A stretch of DNA of 64,000 nucleotides, taken from IMG/VR virus record IMGVR_UViG_3300014000_000001, positions 32,001 to 96,000 of that record. One strand, written 5' to 3'. The notes beneath the pieces are model-generated. The model was not told the origin of the DNA and searched no databases. It was given only the letters and a program-made list of their open reading frames with translations. Position numbers and translations under genes: made by a program. Source of the stretch: a virus. Lineage: Duplodnaviria > Caudoviricetes. Positions 19,335 to 27,826 of this stretch are shown here, one piece after another; position 1 is the stretch's first letter; every line of letters begins with the position of its first letter.

Positions 19335-20870
19335 ATGTTGTTATTGTCTGATATCGAAGCATCGGTTGGGTTAGTACAAGAACTATGCGAACAAGGTAAA
19401 AAGTTAGAAGCCAAGCCAGGTCCACTTGCTTTATTGGTGGCTGAGCTTTCTGTTCCGGTTGCGATTAGTAATTCTGTTAATGCTGATTCTGAAGATGCGT
19501 TAAAAGGTTATATCCCTGATTTAGCTTCAATGATCCATAACGCATCTGCATCTGTAACTCGTGTGGAAGATACTTCATTACTTGATACGTCTAACCACGA
19601 TGTTAAACTTGAAGAAATGTGTGATCTTATCGCTCAAGGTGTGATGGCATCGATGCATCAAGCTCGTGCGGTGATTATTCCGTCTATCGTTCGTTTGGAA
19701 GATGCGATTAGTGCTGCATTCACCACTTATGAAGATCGTAACTTAGCAAATGTCAGTATTGATGAAGTTGGAATCAATCAGGTTCTGGATAATGATCAGG
19801 TGTATGATTATTTTGCTGAGTACAAATCTCGCAATAAGATCACGCTTCGTAATACTAACTTCTTCCCAAATTTAGAACTAAAAGACATTGCTAAATTGGT
19901 GGAAGCGGGTGATCCTGAAATCAATACCTATCTTCAAAATACTTTACTAACCAGTAATTCATCAGGTGAACTTGGTCAAATGGTGTATAACTATTTGTAC
20001 CGTGGTGATCGCGTAGATGAAAGCACTGTTGAACCATTTGAATTACGTAATCTTGTTCGTGACATCTATGGGGAAGATTTAGGTATCGAAGGTTTGATGA
20101 TTGGCTATTATCTTGGTAAAGGGTTAATCGAAAATATCCCTGAAGGTACAGTCGCGGGTCTTCGCGATGTCGAACATCGTTTGAAATTACTAACTTCAAC
20201 GCTTGGACTTATGATTTTCTCTGAGCTTGAGAAATATCGTAAGAGTGTTAAAGCACGCGAATTGCTTCCAGTTGGCTTACCTTATGTGGATCGTAGTACT
20301 GGTGCAGTAAACGCTAAATATAATATCCGTGTGAACAAAGAAGTTTATGCGCAATTCTTAGCAGATGGTGGTTCACCAGAAGCAATCTACGGATCAATGG
20401 TTTCCATCCATGTAACTGATCCTGCAGTTTTGATTGAACGTAAAGGGTATCTTGAAGATGAATATGCGAAGTTTGTTAGTCTTAATCGTTCTTACACGAC
20501 CAGTAGTAAGCTTGAACTTTACACCTCGGCAATCCGAGATGAGTTTTATCGAATGGTTGCAGACACCGAAGAGTTAAAAGGTTTCGATGCCTCCAACGGT
20601 ATGTTCTTACGTTTACGCGATGGATTGCGTCGTATGGGTGGAGCACATATTGCAACTCCTGATGCGACTTACGACTTCTTACGTTCGTTAGTTTGTCACG
20701 TATTCTATCCAGATCGTCCTGAGCTTGAAAAACTGATTTCTGATATTGATAACTTTAAAGCTCAATATGGGGAAGAAGGTTTAACCACTGCAGAAATCGC
20801 TAACGTAGTATTGGTTGATTTAATTGTAGATTGGTTATGCGAACAGGTGAGTGTGCGTAAAGCATGCTAA
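19335..20870 (+). CDS. Conserved protein, positional equivalent of phiKZ gp177 (511 aa)
   Basis: Size and position between vRNAP beta and the protease. Confidence 0.6.
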   Translation: MLLLSDIEASVGLVQELCEQGKKLEAKPGPLALLVAELSVPVAISNSVNADSEDALKGYIPDLASMIHNASASVTRVEDTSLLDTSNHDVKLEEMCDLIAQGVMASMHQARAVIIPSIVRLEDAISAAFTTYEDRNLANVSIDEVGINQVLDNDQVYDYFAEYKSRNKITLRNTNFFPNLELKDIAKLVEAGDPEINTYLQNTLLTSNSSGELGQMVYNYLYRGDRVDESTVEPFELRNLVRDIYGEDLGIEGLMIGYYLGKGLIENIPEGTVAGLRDVEHRLKLLTSTLGLMIFSELEKYRKSVKARELLPVGLPYVDRSTGAVNAKYNIRVNKEVYAQFLADGGSPEAIYGSMVSIHVTDPAVLIERKGYLEDEYAKFVSLNRSYTTSSKLELYTSAIRDEFYRMVADTEELKGFDASNGMFLRLRDGLRRMGGAHIATPDATYDFLRSLVCHVFYPDRPELEKLISDIDNFKAQYGEEGLTTAEIANVVLVDLIVDWLCEQVSVRKAC

Positions 20871-21616
20871 TCTTTAATCTCTTTCTTCAAGAGAGATTCG
20901 GTCAAGCGGTTAAGCGTAATGCTGCATCAGTAACAGCAGCATTACGCACAGTTGATGATGGAGATCGCAAACAACTCCTCACAACAAAAGATCTTTACAT
21001 TTACGTCCCTAGACGTTTTGAAGAGATTGGAATGGCGCACATCGAAGACAATTTCTCTACTATGGCGTATTACGCTATGGTCGTTGGAGATAGTTATGGT
21101 GTGGTTGCTACTCCTACTTTTAACAACTTGACCCCTTCATCTATCCAAACAATTAAGATTGGAGAGGATGAATACTTCGAACTTCTCTTTGAAGCGAATT
21201 CTCTCGTTATGGAATCAACACGATGCTTTAAAGATTCAGCATCAGCTTATTTGATCTATAACGAATTTATCGCCAAACCAAACATGTGTGCTTTTTTTGA
21301 TTATGATGATGCGTTACTTTGCATGTCAACATTAGGCGCATATGCAGGTGTATCCTTAGAAAAAACTAACGTTGCAACAGAGATTATTATTGCGACCATT
21401 ACACGCAATAACAAGAATCTCGACGAAAGCTATCGCCATGCAATTGCTAAAGATAAGACAGCTGAACCTGAATATATTGGACTTAGAAATATCCAATATG
21501 GGGTAACCAACTTACCTACAGCAATTATGGGTTCGTATAGTGACATCGGTATTGATTCTCTATTGGTCAAACCGGCTACCAAAGTTGAAAAATATGAAAG
21601 ACTGTTAAGGATATAA
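20864..21616 (+). CDS. Conserved protein, positional equivalent of phiKZ gp176 (250 aa)
   Basis: Size and position immediately before the protease. Confidence 0.6.
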   Translation: MLIFNLFLQERFGQAVKRNAASVTAALRTVDDGDRKQLLTTKDLYIYVPRRFEEIGMAHIEDNFSTMAYYAMVVGDSYGVVATPTFNNLTPSSIQTIKIGEDEYFELLFEANSLVMESTRCFKDSASAYLIYNEFIAKPNMCAFFDYDDALLCMSTLGAYAGVSLEKTNVATEIIIATITRNNKNLDESYRHAIAKDKTAEPEYIGLRNIQYGVTNLPTAIMGSYSDIGIDSLLVKPATKVEKYERLLRI

Positions 21617-21618
21617 TT

Positions 21619-22395
21619 ATGGGTGGGGTAAGTTTTGTATCTACCGCATTACTAGGAACCAATAAAGTAGGTGACTTAAAACCAGACAGTGAAGGTTATT
21701 ACGAAGTTGTTTTAGGTGGCTTCGAGACTGAGAATGCACATGGTCATTTCTACTCATTTGAAGATCAAACCAAACGCTTGTTTGAATCGTCTTCCCAGTT
21801 TATGCGTCAAATCAAAGAAGGTAACTTATGGGGGGAATTCGGACACCCTAAACGTGCTCCAGGTGAATCTCTAGGTAACTTCTTACGCCGCTGTATTGTT
21901 GTTACTGAAAAGAACTATGCGATGCATATTCGTAAGGTTTCAATCAATGAACGTGATGTGAAAGATAAGTCTGGAAAAGCGATTGTTGCGGTTCTAGGTG
22001 AAATCAAACCAATGGGTCCTTATGGTGCTAACCTTAAAGAGATTCTAAACACTCGTTCAGCCAATGCTTGTTTCTCAGTTCGTGCTCAAACGGACGATGA
22101 AGACATGCCAAATGGTAAAGAGAAACGTTCAGTTAAACAAATCATTACTTGGGATTATGTTGGCGATCCAGGTGTTCAAACATCAACGAAATACCATTCT
22201 CCAAAGCTTGAATCGTTTTATGATCAGTTTGTAGATTTTTCCGTTCTTGAGAAACTTCAAAAGGAGGTGAACTCTAATATTAACCTCAAGATGGAATCTG
22301 CGTCAGTCAATCGTGCACTTGATGTACTTCTACAAGATTATAAATCTGATATCTTCGGTGGTTCTCGTCAAGCACCTCGATCTCGTAGCTGGTAA
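21619..22395 (+). CDS. Prohead (head maturation) serine protease, phiKZ gp175 / T4 gp21-like
   Basis: GEFGHP (His), FSVR (Ser), TWDYVGDPG (Asp). Confidence 0.9.
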   Translation: MGGVSFVSTALLGTNKVGDLKPDSEGYYEVVLGGFETENAHGHFYSFEDQTKRLFESSSQFMRQIKEGNLWGEFGHPKRAPGESLGNFLRRCIVVTEKNYAMHIRKVSINERDVKDKSGKAIVAVLGEIKPMGPYGANLKEILNTRSANACFSVRAQTDDEDMPNGKEKRSVKQIITWDYVGDPGVQTSTKYHSPKLESFYDQFVDFSVLEKLQKEVNSNINLKMESASVNRALDVLLQDYKSDIFGGSRQAPRSRSW

Positions 22396-22409
22396 GCTGC
22401 ATAGAAAAG

Positions 22410-22433
22410 CTGGATAGGGATTACCCTATCCAG
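22410..22433. terminator. Terminator-like hairpin after the protease
   Basis: CTGGATAGGG-ATTA-CCCTATCCAG flanked by GCATA and TATGC. Confidence 0.7.
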
Positions 22434-22595
22434 TGGATCTTATGCTCAATTTTAATAATAGAATACCCTTTCATCAGTCATAGTTCCTTATCCTGTTTTA
22501 ATATCCTTGAAAGGGGTATTCAAATAATAGTTAGAAATATGTGATAAAATACATGATGAGTAAATTACATGAATTGAATTATAGAGTAAAAGATC

Positions 22596-22751
22596 ATGTT
22601 TATTATTTATAAACCCTTTGCTGCTCATGATCACTATGGGTATGATTGGGACTTTATTGACTTACTACTTGATATGCGTAGAGCGTATGAGGAACGTGAA
22701 AGAAGATTACAGGATTTCCAAGCTGTATTAAAGCGTTTAAAATCTGAATAA
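22596..22751 (+). CDS. Small hypothetical protein (51 aa), not in the ORF track
   Basis: MFIIYKPFAAHDHYGYDWDFIDLLLDMRRAYEERERRLQDFQAVLKRLKSE; weak AGAG SD. Confidence 0.5.
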   Translation: MFIIYKPFAAHDHYGYDWDFIDLLLDMRRAYEERERRLQDFQAVLKRLKSE

Positions 22752-22761
22752 GTGAAGAATA

Positions 22762-22787
22762 TTTCAGATACACATTATCTAAGTGAA
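22762..22787 (+). promoter_or_regulatory. Putative early (vRNAP) promoter
   Basis: TTTCAGATACACATTATCTAAGTGAA matches the repeated motif; AGAGGT SD follows. Confidence 0.7.
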
Positions 22788-22809
22788 TTATTCGATTAGA
22801 GGTTTGAAC

Positions 22810-23607
22810 ATGAAAACTGCACTTAATAACCAACCCCAGTTATTTAAGAACCATAGCCGTTATAAACGTCAGGTACGGGTTAATGAAGATTTCACTATTT
22901 GTGATGTCTTTAGTATTCGTCGTGCAAGTAAAGACGATGATCCACATTACCAAACAACTTACCAAGATCCAAACGTAGGACGTTACATTGTCATTAAACA
23001 TAACAATAATGATCCTATTCAGATCTTTGATTTAACTCGTTCATTTCATCAAATTGGCGGGCGTTCTCTACCAAGTCGTGAAATCGAAGAGATTATTGCG
23101 AAGCTTCCACCCATCATCATAGAGTGGTTGTACGATGTTGATACACAGATGCATTCTAATTTCATTCCACCTGGTTTCGGTTGGGATGGTAAGTTCACGC
23201 AGAGTGAATATAACAAACGCCAAACCGCAGCCTTGTTATTTACACCTCGTCATGCTAAACCTTGCAACATTGAACGTAAGTGGTTGGACGAAGTATTAGA
23301 TGAGATTTGTCGTACCCCAAAATCTTATCTGAATCTGAAATGGACTTACGCATCTGCTTTTCCTGAAAACCGTTTGTTGAAATACACCAATTCAATTCAA
23401 GCTAAAGACTATGTTTTCATTCATGATGATGGTTCGGTGGTCATTCAGCCTCGCAAACGTATTATTGGAGATGTGGGATCTTATCCTGGAATGTTAATAC
23501 CTAAAGATGTCGATCGGGTAATCGTATTGACTCACGGTGTAATCTGTAAGGATGATGGTCGTCCTGCAGGAATTCAGGTTGAACTTTTTCAAGACTTCGG
23601 GGTGTGA
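22810..23607 (+). CDS. Hypothetical protein (start moved to MKTAL)
   Basis: AGAGGT SD before ATG 22810; the longer start overlaps the promoter. Confidence 0.75.
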   Translation: MKTALNNQPQLFKNHSRYKRQVRVNEDFTICDVFSIRRASKDDDPHYQTTYQDPNVGRYIVIKHNNNDPIQIFDLTRSFHQIGGRSLPSREIEEIIAKLPPIIIEWLYDVDTQMHSNFIPPGFGWDGKFTQSEYNKRQTAALLFTPRHAKPCNIERKWLDEVLDEICRTPKSYLNLKWTYASAFPENRLLKYTNSIQAKDYVFIHDDGSVVIQPRKRIIGDVGSYPGMLIPKDVDRVIVLTHGVICKDDGRPAGIQVELFQDFGV

Positions 23608-24445
23608 TATGGTTTCTAAGTTATTGTCTGATGTAATGGAAGACCTAGGTAAAAAACAAGTCGTGTTGGTTGACCCTAACTGGGTAACTGGAATTGTAAC
23701 TAAGCGGTTAGTTATAAACGTCCACGGAGATAAAATCAAACCAATTAGTTATTTCTCTGCCGAGAAGATGACTCATGTACAAATGTTGGAGAGTGAAGAT
23801 ATTCTTTACACTTACAAATTTAACATGTTCACTGGTAAGGTGGTAGAAAATCTTGAACGTTACCTAATTCATTCTAAGTCTTATAACATGAACAATAGTT
23901 CAATTAGAAAAGCTATCGCGCAATACACCGATCATCTTAAAGACCCTAAACATCTATTGTTTTCCAATTATCCTAACTTCCTGGATTTAGAGCACATACA
24001 TATGCAAGATATTAAAAATCTTAACCCATATGTGAAACTGATCGCCAAGTTAGAAGAAGTTGATCCAGAAATGTTTCATTTTATTGTTGATCAGTTACAG
24101 TACTCTAAACGCAATGATTTGCCTTTGATTTGGAAAGCTGCTGGTCGCCTACCCCTATGGTTAAATAACCGAAGTCGTTTGGTTACTAATCAGAAAAATG
24201 AAACTGTTGGTCATACTTCTGAACATTGGTTATTGTTTCACAAAGATGGAAGCGTTACTTTCCCTGAATTAGAACCGACTAAAGGTGCTCATATTTCAGC
24301 GGAGACTGGACGTATAATCGAAGTCTACAACAACCCACCGCTACCAATGCCAGATACTGCTAAACGTGCAATTAAGATCGTTTTAGGCGACCATGCGTTT
24401 GAAGGTCGGATGGTGGGTGTTTCTTGGACACTATATACTCGCTAG
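23552..24445 (+). CDS. Hypothetical protein, probable distant paralog of the upstream gene (true start may be 23609)
   Basis: Shared C-terminal pattern (F/I)H.DGSV...(I/M)P....R.I...GR..G. Confidence 0.7.
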   Translation: MMVVLQEFRLNFFKTSGCDMVSKLLSDVMEDLGKKQVVLVDPNWVTGIVTKRLVINVHGDKIKPISYFSAEKMTHVQMLESEDILYTYKFNMFTGKVVENLERYLIHSKSYNMNNSSIRKAIAQYTDHLKDPKHLLFSNYPNFLDLEHIHMQDIKNLNPYVKLIAKLEEVDPEMFHFIVDQLQYSKRNDLPLIWKAAGRLPLWLNNRSRLVTNQKNETVGHTSEHWLLFHKDGSVTFPELEPTKGAHISAETGRIIEVYNNPPLPMPDTAKRAIKIVLGDHAFEGRMVGVSWTLYTR

Positions 24446-24449
24446 ATTA

Positions 24450-24475
24450 TTTAAGATATATATTATCTTGATGAT
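24450..24475 (+). promoter_or_regulatory. Putative early promoter
   Basis: TTTAAGATATATATTATCTTGATGAT. Confidence 0.7.
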
Positions 24476-24508
24476 CACTCTCATGTAATTTTAAACCGTT
24501 TAAACAAT

Positions 24509-25138
24509 ATGTTTGAACATACCCACGATAGTCATAACTACGGAGATTCGAAAATGACTACTGAAGCAACTAAAGCTGCAATTGAAGCAATCGATGAAGC
24601 AACAAAAGATTTAAATGACGCACAGACTAAATTAGAAGTCGCTGAAGAAGCCATTGCTGGCCGCAGTTATTCTCCTAAATATGCCAAATTAAATCTTGAC
24701 GAAGCTCAACAAAATATTGCTGCAGGTCTACTTGAATCGGCAAAGACCACCGATAAAGGTGTAAAGTGGAATCGTAAAGACTATTACGATAGTGCTGAAT
24801 CTCAAGGCATTACGAAATCAACTCTACAAACCGTTGAACGCTTTAACGAAAACTTTGCAACTTCTGTACACGCTGTTACTGCTGAACTTGCACTGGCTCG
24901 CTTTAAAGAAGACCCTGAAGCAGGTGAATATTCATCTACTGCGGATATGGGTGAAAACACACGTTATGAAGATACGGTTAAGCGTTTCGATTCACGTAGT
25001 GTTTCTACTGGTATTGGTGGTGAACGTCGCTTACAGGAAACTTATGCTTATCACAATCCAAGTATCAAAACAAAATACAAAGGTTTTGAAGAGCAGCGTA
25101 AACTCGTGAATAATCTTGCGAAAGATTTGTTCTCTTAA
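24509..25138 (+). CDS. Hypothetical protein (likely start 24554, MTTEAT)
   Basis: Has its own promoter and terminator; GGAG SD before the second ATG. Confidence 0.75.
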   Translation: MFEHTHDSHNYGDSKMTTEATKAAIEAIDEATKDLNDAQTKLEVAEEAIAGRSYSPKYAKLNLDEAQQNIAAGLLESAKTTDKGVKWNRKDYYDSAESQGITKSTLQTVERFNENFATSVHAVTAELALARFKEDPEAGEYSSTADMGENTRYEDTVKRFDSRSVSTGIGGERRLQETYAYHNPSIKTKYKGFEEQRKLVNNLAKDLFS

Positions 25139-25161
25139 TTTATAATTGCAGGTCAAAAGCT

Positions 25162-25196
25162 AAATAGATCGTCCCGTGAAGGACGATCTATTTTTA
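25162..25196 (+). terminator. Intrinsic terminator
   Basis: AAATAGATCGTCC-loop-GGACGATCTATTTTT then TATG. Confidence 0.75.
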
Positions 25197-25228
25197 TGAA
25201 CGACCATAATTTTATATAGTCCAACAAT

Positions 25229-25822
25229 ATGGGTGCTTTTGCCATGCATTATACAGATCCACATCGTGGTGTACAGCTCACTACGAATTTACAAACTGAA
25301 GTTGATTACCTTACCACTCAATTGGCACGTTTAATTGCACAAGTTGAGGGGCGTTTCAAAGGCCCTGATAGCATCACCATGAAAGTCGCAAAAGAATGGT
25401 ACGGTAAACAAATCTCACAAAACATCAATGGTTTTGATTATACTTACGGGTTTATTCATTTCACCGTTTCTCAGAAAACACTTTACGATAAGAAAATAGA
25501 TTCAACTGCGGTGGGTGTAGATGCAGAAGAGATTATGTATTCTTTCCATCTTAAGCAAAATGAATCACCTGTGCTTGCAAATAACTTTGTATCGGCATCT
25601 ATTTTCTTTAGTACCAAACGTGGTGAACTAGAACCGCGTAAAGTAGACTTTCAATTATATGGTGGTGCGGATGTTGAATCTGTGATTATCTTTAAAGGTT
25701 TCTTAAAAGGGATCAAATCTCAAATTGAAGCTTTTAATGCAGATGACACAACTCGCGTTGCACAAAACCAGATGGATTTAATTCCATTAATCACACATGG
25801 GATTAACCATGCCACACATTAA
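25229..25822 (+). CDS. Hypothetical protein (197 aa)
   Basis: ORF only. Confidence 0.7.
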   Translation: MGAFAMHYTDPHRGVQLTTNLQTEVDYLTTQLARLIAQVEGRFKGPDSITMKVAKEWYGKQISQNINGFDYTYGFIHFTVSQKTLYDKKIDSTAVGVDAEEIMYSFHLKQNESPVLANNFVSASIFFSTKRGELEPRKVDFQLYGGADVESVIIFKGFLKGIKSQIEAFNADDTTRVAQNQMDLIPLITHGINHATH

Positions 25823-25840
25823 ACATAGAGGTTTTAAAAT

Positions 25841-26329
25841 ATGGAAACAGTTACAGAAAGTCCTGATTTAGAAAGTTCTCTTTTTGGTTTATTCGCTAAT
25901 GACCTTATCAATAAAACATTTAAGCAAATCGGCCCACTTAATCCAGTTGATGAATTTGACGGTAAGGTATTAGCTATCTTAAATGGGGATAATGGACGTC
26001 CTAATTTATTGGTGCGATCTAGCCCTCATTTTGCACGCTACATCCCTATCATTGAGGAGAATGTTAGTACCAAGAAACACGAGTACCGACTTAAAACTCA
26101 TGTGGTGTTCTGGTTGGCAGATAACAACGCTTATATTTTCACCCCGCCTCCAAGTGTGAAGTATGTGCGCGTTGGTCGTAGTTTGAAAGAACATAAGTTG
26201 GGTTCTGATCTAATGATCCCTCATAACTGTAATCGTTATTCAGTAATTGCTTTACGTCAAGGATGTAAGCATGTTGACGATAAGAAAGTACAGTTCACAG
26301 ATATTGTTGTCACCAATTATAAGGTATAA
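25841..26329 (+). CDS. Hypothetical protein (162 aa)
   Basis: AGAGGT SD. Confidence 0.75.
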   Translation: METVTESPDLESSLFGLFANDLINKTFKQIGPLNPVDEFDGKVLAILNGDNGRPNLLVRSSPHFARYIPIIEENVSTKKHEYRLKTHVVFWLADNNAYIFTPPPSVKYVRVGRSLKEHKLGSDLMIPHNCNRYSVIALRQGCKHVDDKKVQFTDIVVTNYKV

Positions 26330-26335
26330 CCTTTC

Positions 26336-26851
26336 ATGCAAAAATTAACAATCGAATATATCGAGTCTTTAATCGATCACGAATCATTCCAACATGAACC
26401 TAAAGTCATGATTTGCAAACTTCATGTAGGTGAATCTGTTTTTGTTGGGGAAGCTCATTGTTTTGATCAAGCTCAACAAAATATCTCACGTGCGAAAGGA
26501 TCAGCGCGTCGTAACGCCATTGATAAAATCTTTGCTGCTGAAGCTTATCACCTTAAACGTGAACGCGATGCACTTAATATCCAATATGGTATTAAACATC
26601 TCCAAATCTATAAGGGATTGATGCGTCAGGGTGTTGTACTGCGTCTTACATCTGTTAACCCTATGGAATTGAACCCAGGTAAACATATCTTTACATTTGA
26701 GATCATTTCACACCACGGAACTAAATCCTCACTTGACACCGTTGTAGATTGCAATTTTGATATCAGCGTAGCGGAGCAACTACAGGCGCTCATTCAAGAG
26801 CATTACAAAAATATAAGAGATAGTGAAGGTGGTGAACAGGCATCAGCATAA
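26336..26851 (+). CDS. N4 Gp49/Sf6 Gp66-family domain fused to an unknown C-terminal domain
   Basis: KLT.EYIESLI...ICKL...FVGEAHC.D...G.ARRNAIDKIF..EAY.LK in the first ~78 aa. Confidence 0.7.
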   Translation: MQKLTIEYIESLIDHESFQHEPKVMICKLHVGESVFVGEAHCFDQAQQNISRAKGSARRNAIDKIFAAEAYHLKRERDALNIQYGIKHLQIYKGLMRQGVVLRLTSVNPMELNPGKHIFTFEIISHHGTKSSLDTVVDCNFDISVAEQLQALIQEHYKNIRDSEGGEQASA

Positions 26852-26855
26852 ATGA

Positions 26856-26883
26856 AATGTTCTCTCCCTAGGGAGAGAACATT
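26856..26883. terminator. Bidirectional terminator, 28-bp perfect palindrome
   Basis: AATGTTCTCTCCCTAGGGAGAGAACATT between convergent genes. Confidence 0.85.
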
Positions 26884-26894
26884 CTTTTTTTGAC

Positions 26895-27767
26895 TTAAAG
26901 TGTAATTGCTTGATTGCCTAAGCGATGTACTTGATCCACATAACCAGCTTCTTGAGCTTGGATGTTGGCATCGATGAAATCCACAGCAGCAGGTTGGTAC
27001 TGAGGGTTTGCACCTGTATGATCGATTGCATCAAGGAACTTTTGACCTAATGCAATCACACCATAACCACGCTGAGTTAATGCAGTGAATTCAATAGTGA
27101 TATCACGACCTTGTTTAGCTGAAACCAATTCACGAAGTGATTCACGATCTCCAGCGCTCATTGCAAACATGTTTGCACAAAGGTAAGCATCCACACATCG
27201 TGTACCAGTACGATCTGGTTCAACAAACAATGTCACGAAACGTGTCATGTCCGCAAGCAATGTGGTGATATCAAAACCTTCGGCAATAATGTTTGGATAC
27301 TTAGAGTTTGCATCCATACCAAGGTTTTCAATATTCCATTCCCAGAAACGACCAATCGGACATCCTTCAAGCTCATGCCATGTATAAGATGGCGCTGAAC
27401 GTTCACGAGTGACGTTAGTCAATTCTTGTTGAATCTCACCAGCACCACCAACTTCTACAGACAACCATTCTGTTGCGATAGTTGAACGTAAACCGTTAAT
27501 AGTTTTCGCGTTGACTTCAATCAAGGATTTCAACATACGCACCAATACATCACGTGTTTCGCGATCGTACAAGTCATATGCTTTTGGATATTGCATCAAG
27601 AATGGGATCAGGTCATGACCAACATAAGGGGTGTTGTTAATGTAATTCCCAATGTCAATCATGAAACCAAACTGACCACCTTTCGAACCATCCACTGCGT
27701 ATGCTTGGGTGCCCCGAAGATAAGCTTGGTTATGCAAGAGATTTTTTGCAAAGTTAGCCATAATCAT
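26895..27767 (-). CDS. Tail tube protein (phiKZ gp30-like)
   Basis: ~290 aa after the sheath; motifs VGGAGE.QQ..TNVTRERS.P and FVEPD. Confidence 0.8.
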   Translation of the reverse strand: MIMANFAKNLLHNQAYLRGTQAYAVDGSKGGQFGFMIDIGNYINNTPYVGHDLIPFLMQYPKAYDLYDRETRDVLVRMLKSLIEVNAKTINGLRSTIATEWLSVEVGGAGEIQQELTNVTRERSAPSYTWHELEGCPIGRFWEWNIENLGMDANSKYPNIIAEGFDITTLLADMTRFVTLFVEPDRTGTRCVDAYLCANMFAMSAGDRESLRELVSAKQGRDITIEFTALTQRGYGVIALGQKFLDAIDHTGANPQYQPAAVDFIDANIQAQEAGYVDQVHRLGNQAITL

Positions 27768-27794
27768 TTATCCTATGGAGTTTTAATCTTTAAA

Positions 27795-27824
27795 AAAAGA
27801 AGGAGGATTAATCCTCCTTCTTTT
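27795..27824. terminator. 30-bp perfect palindrome between sheath and tube
   Basis: AAAAGAAGGAGGATTAATCCTCCTTCTTTT. Confidence 0.75.
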
Positions 27825-27826
27825 CA

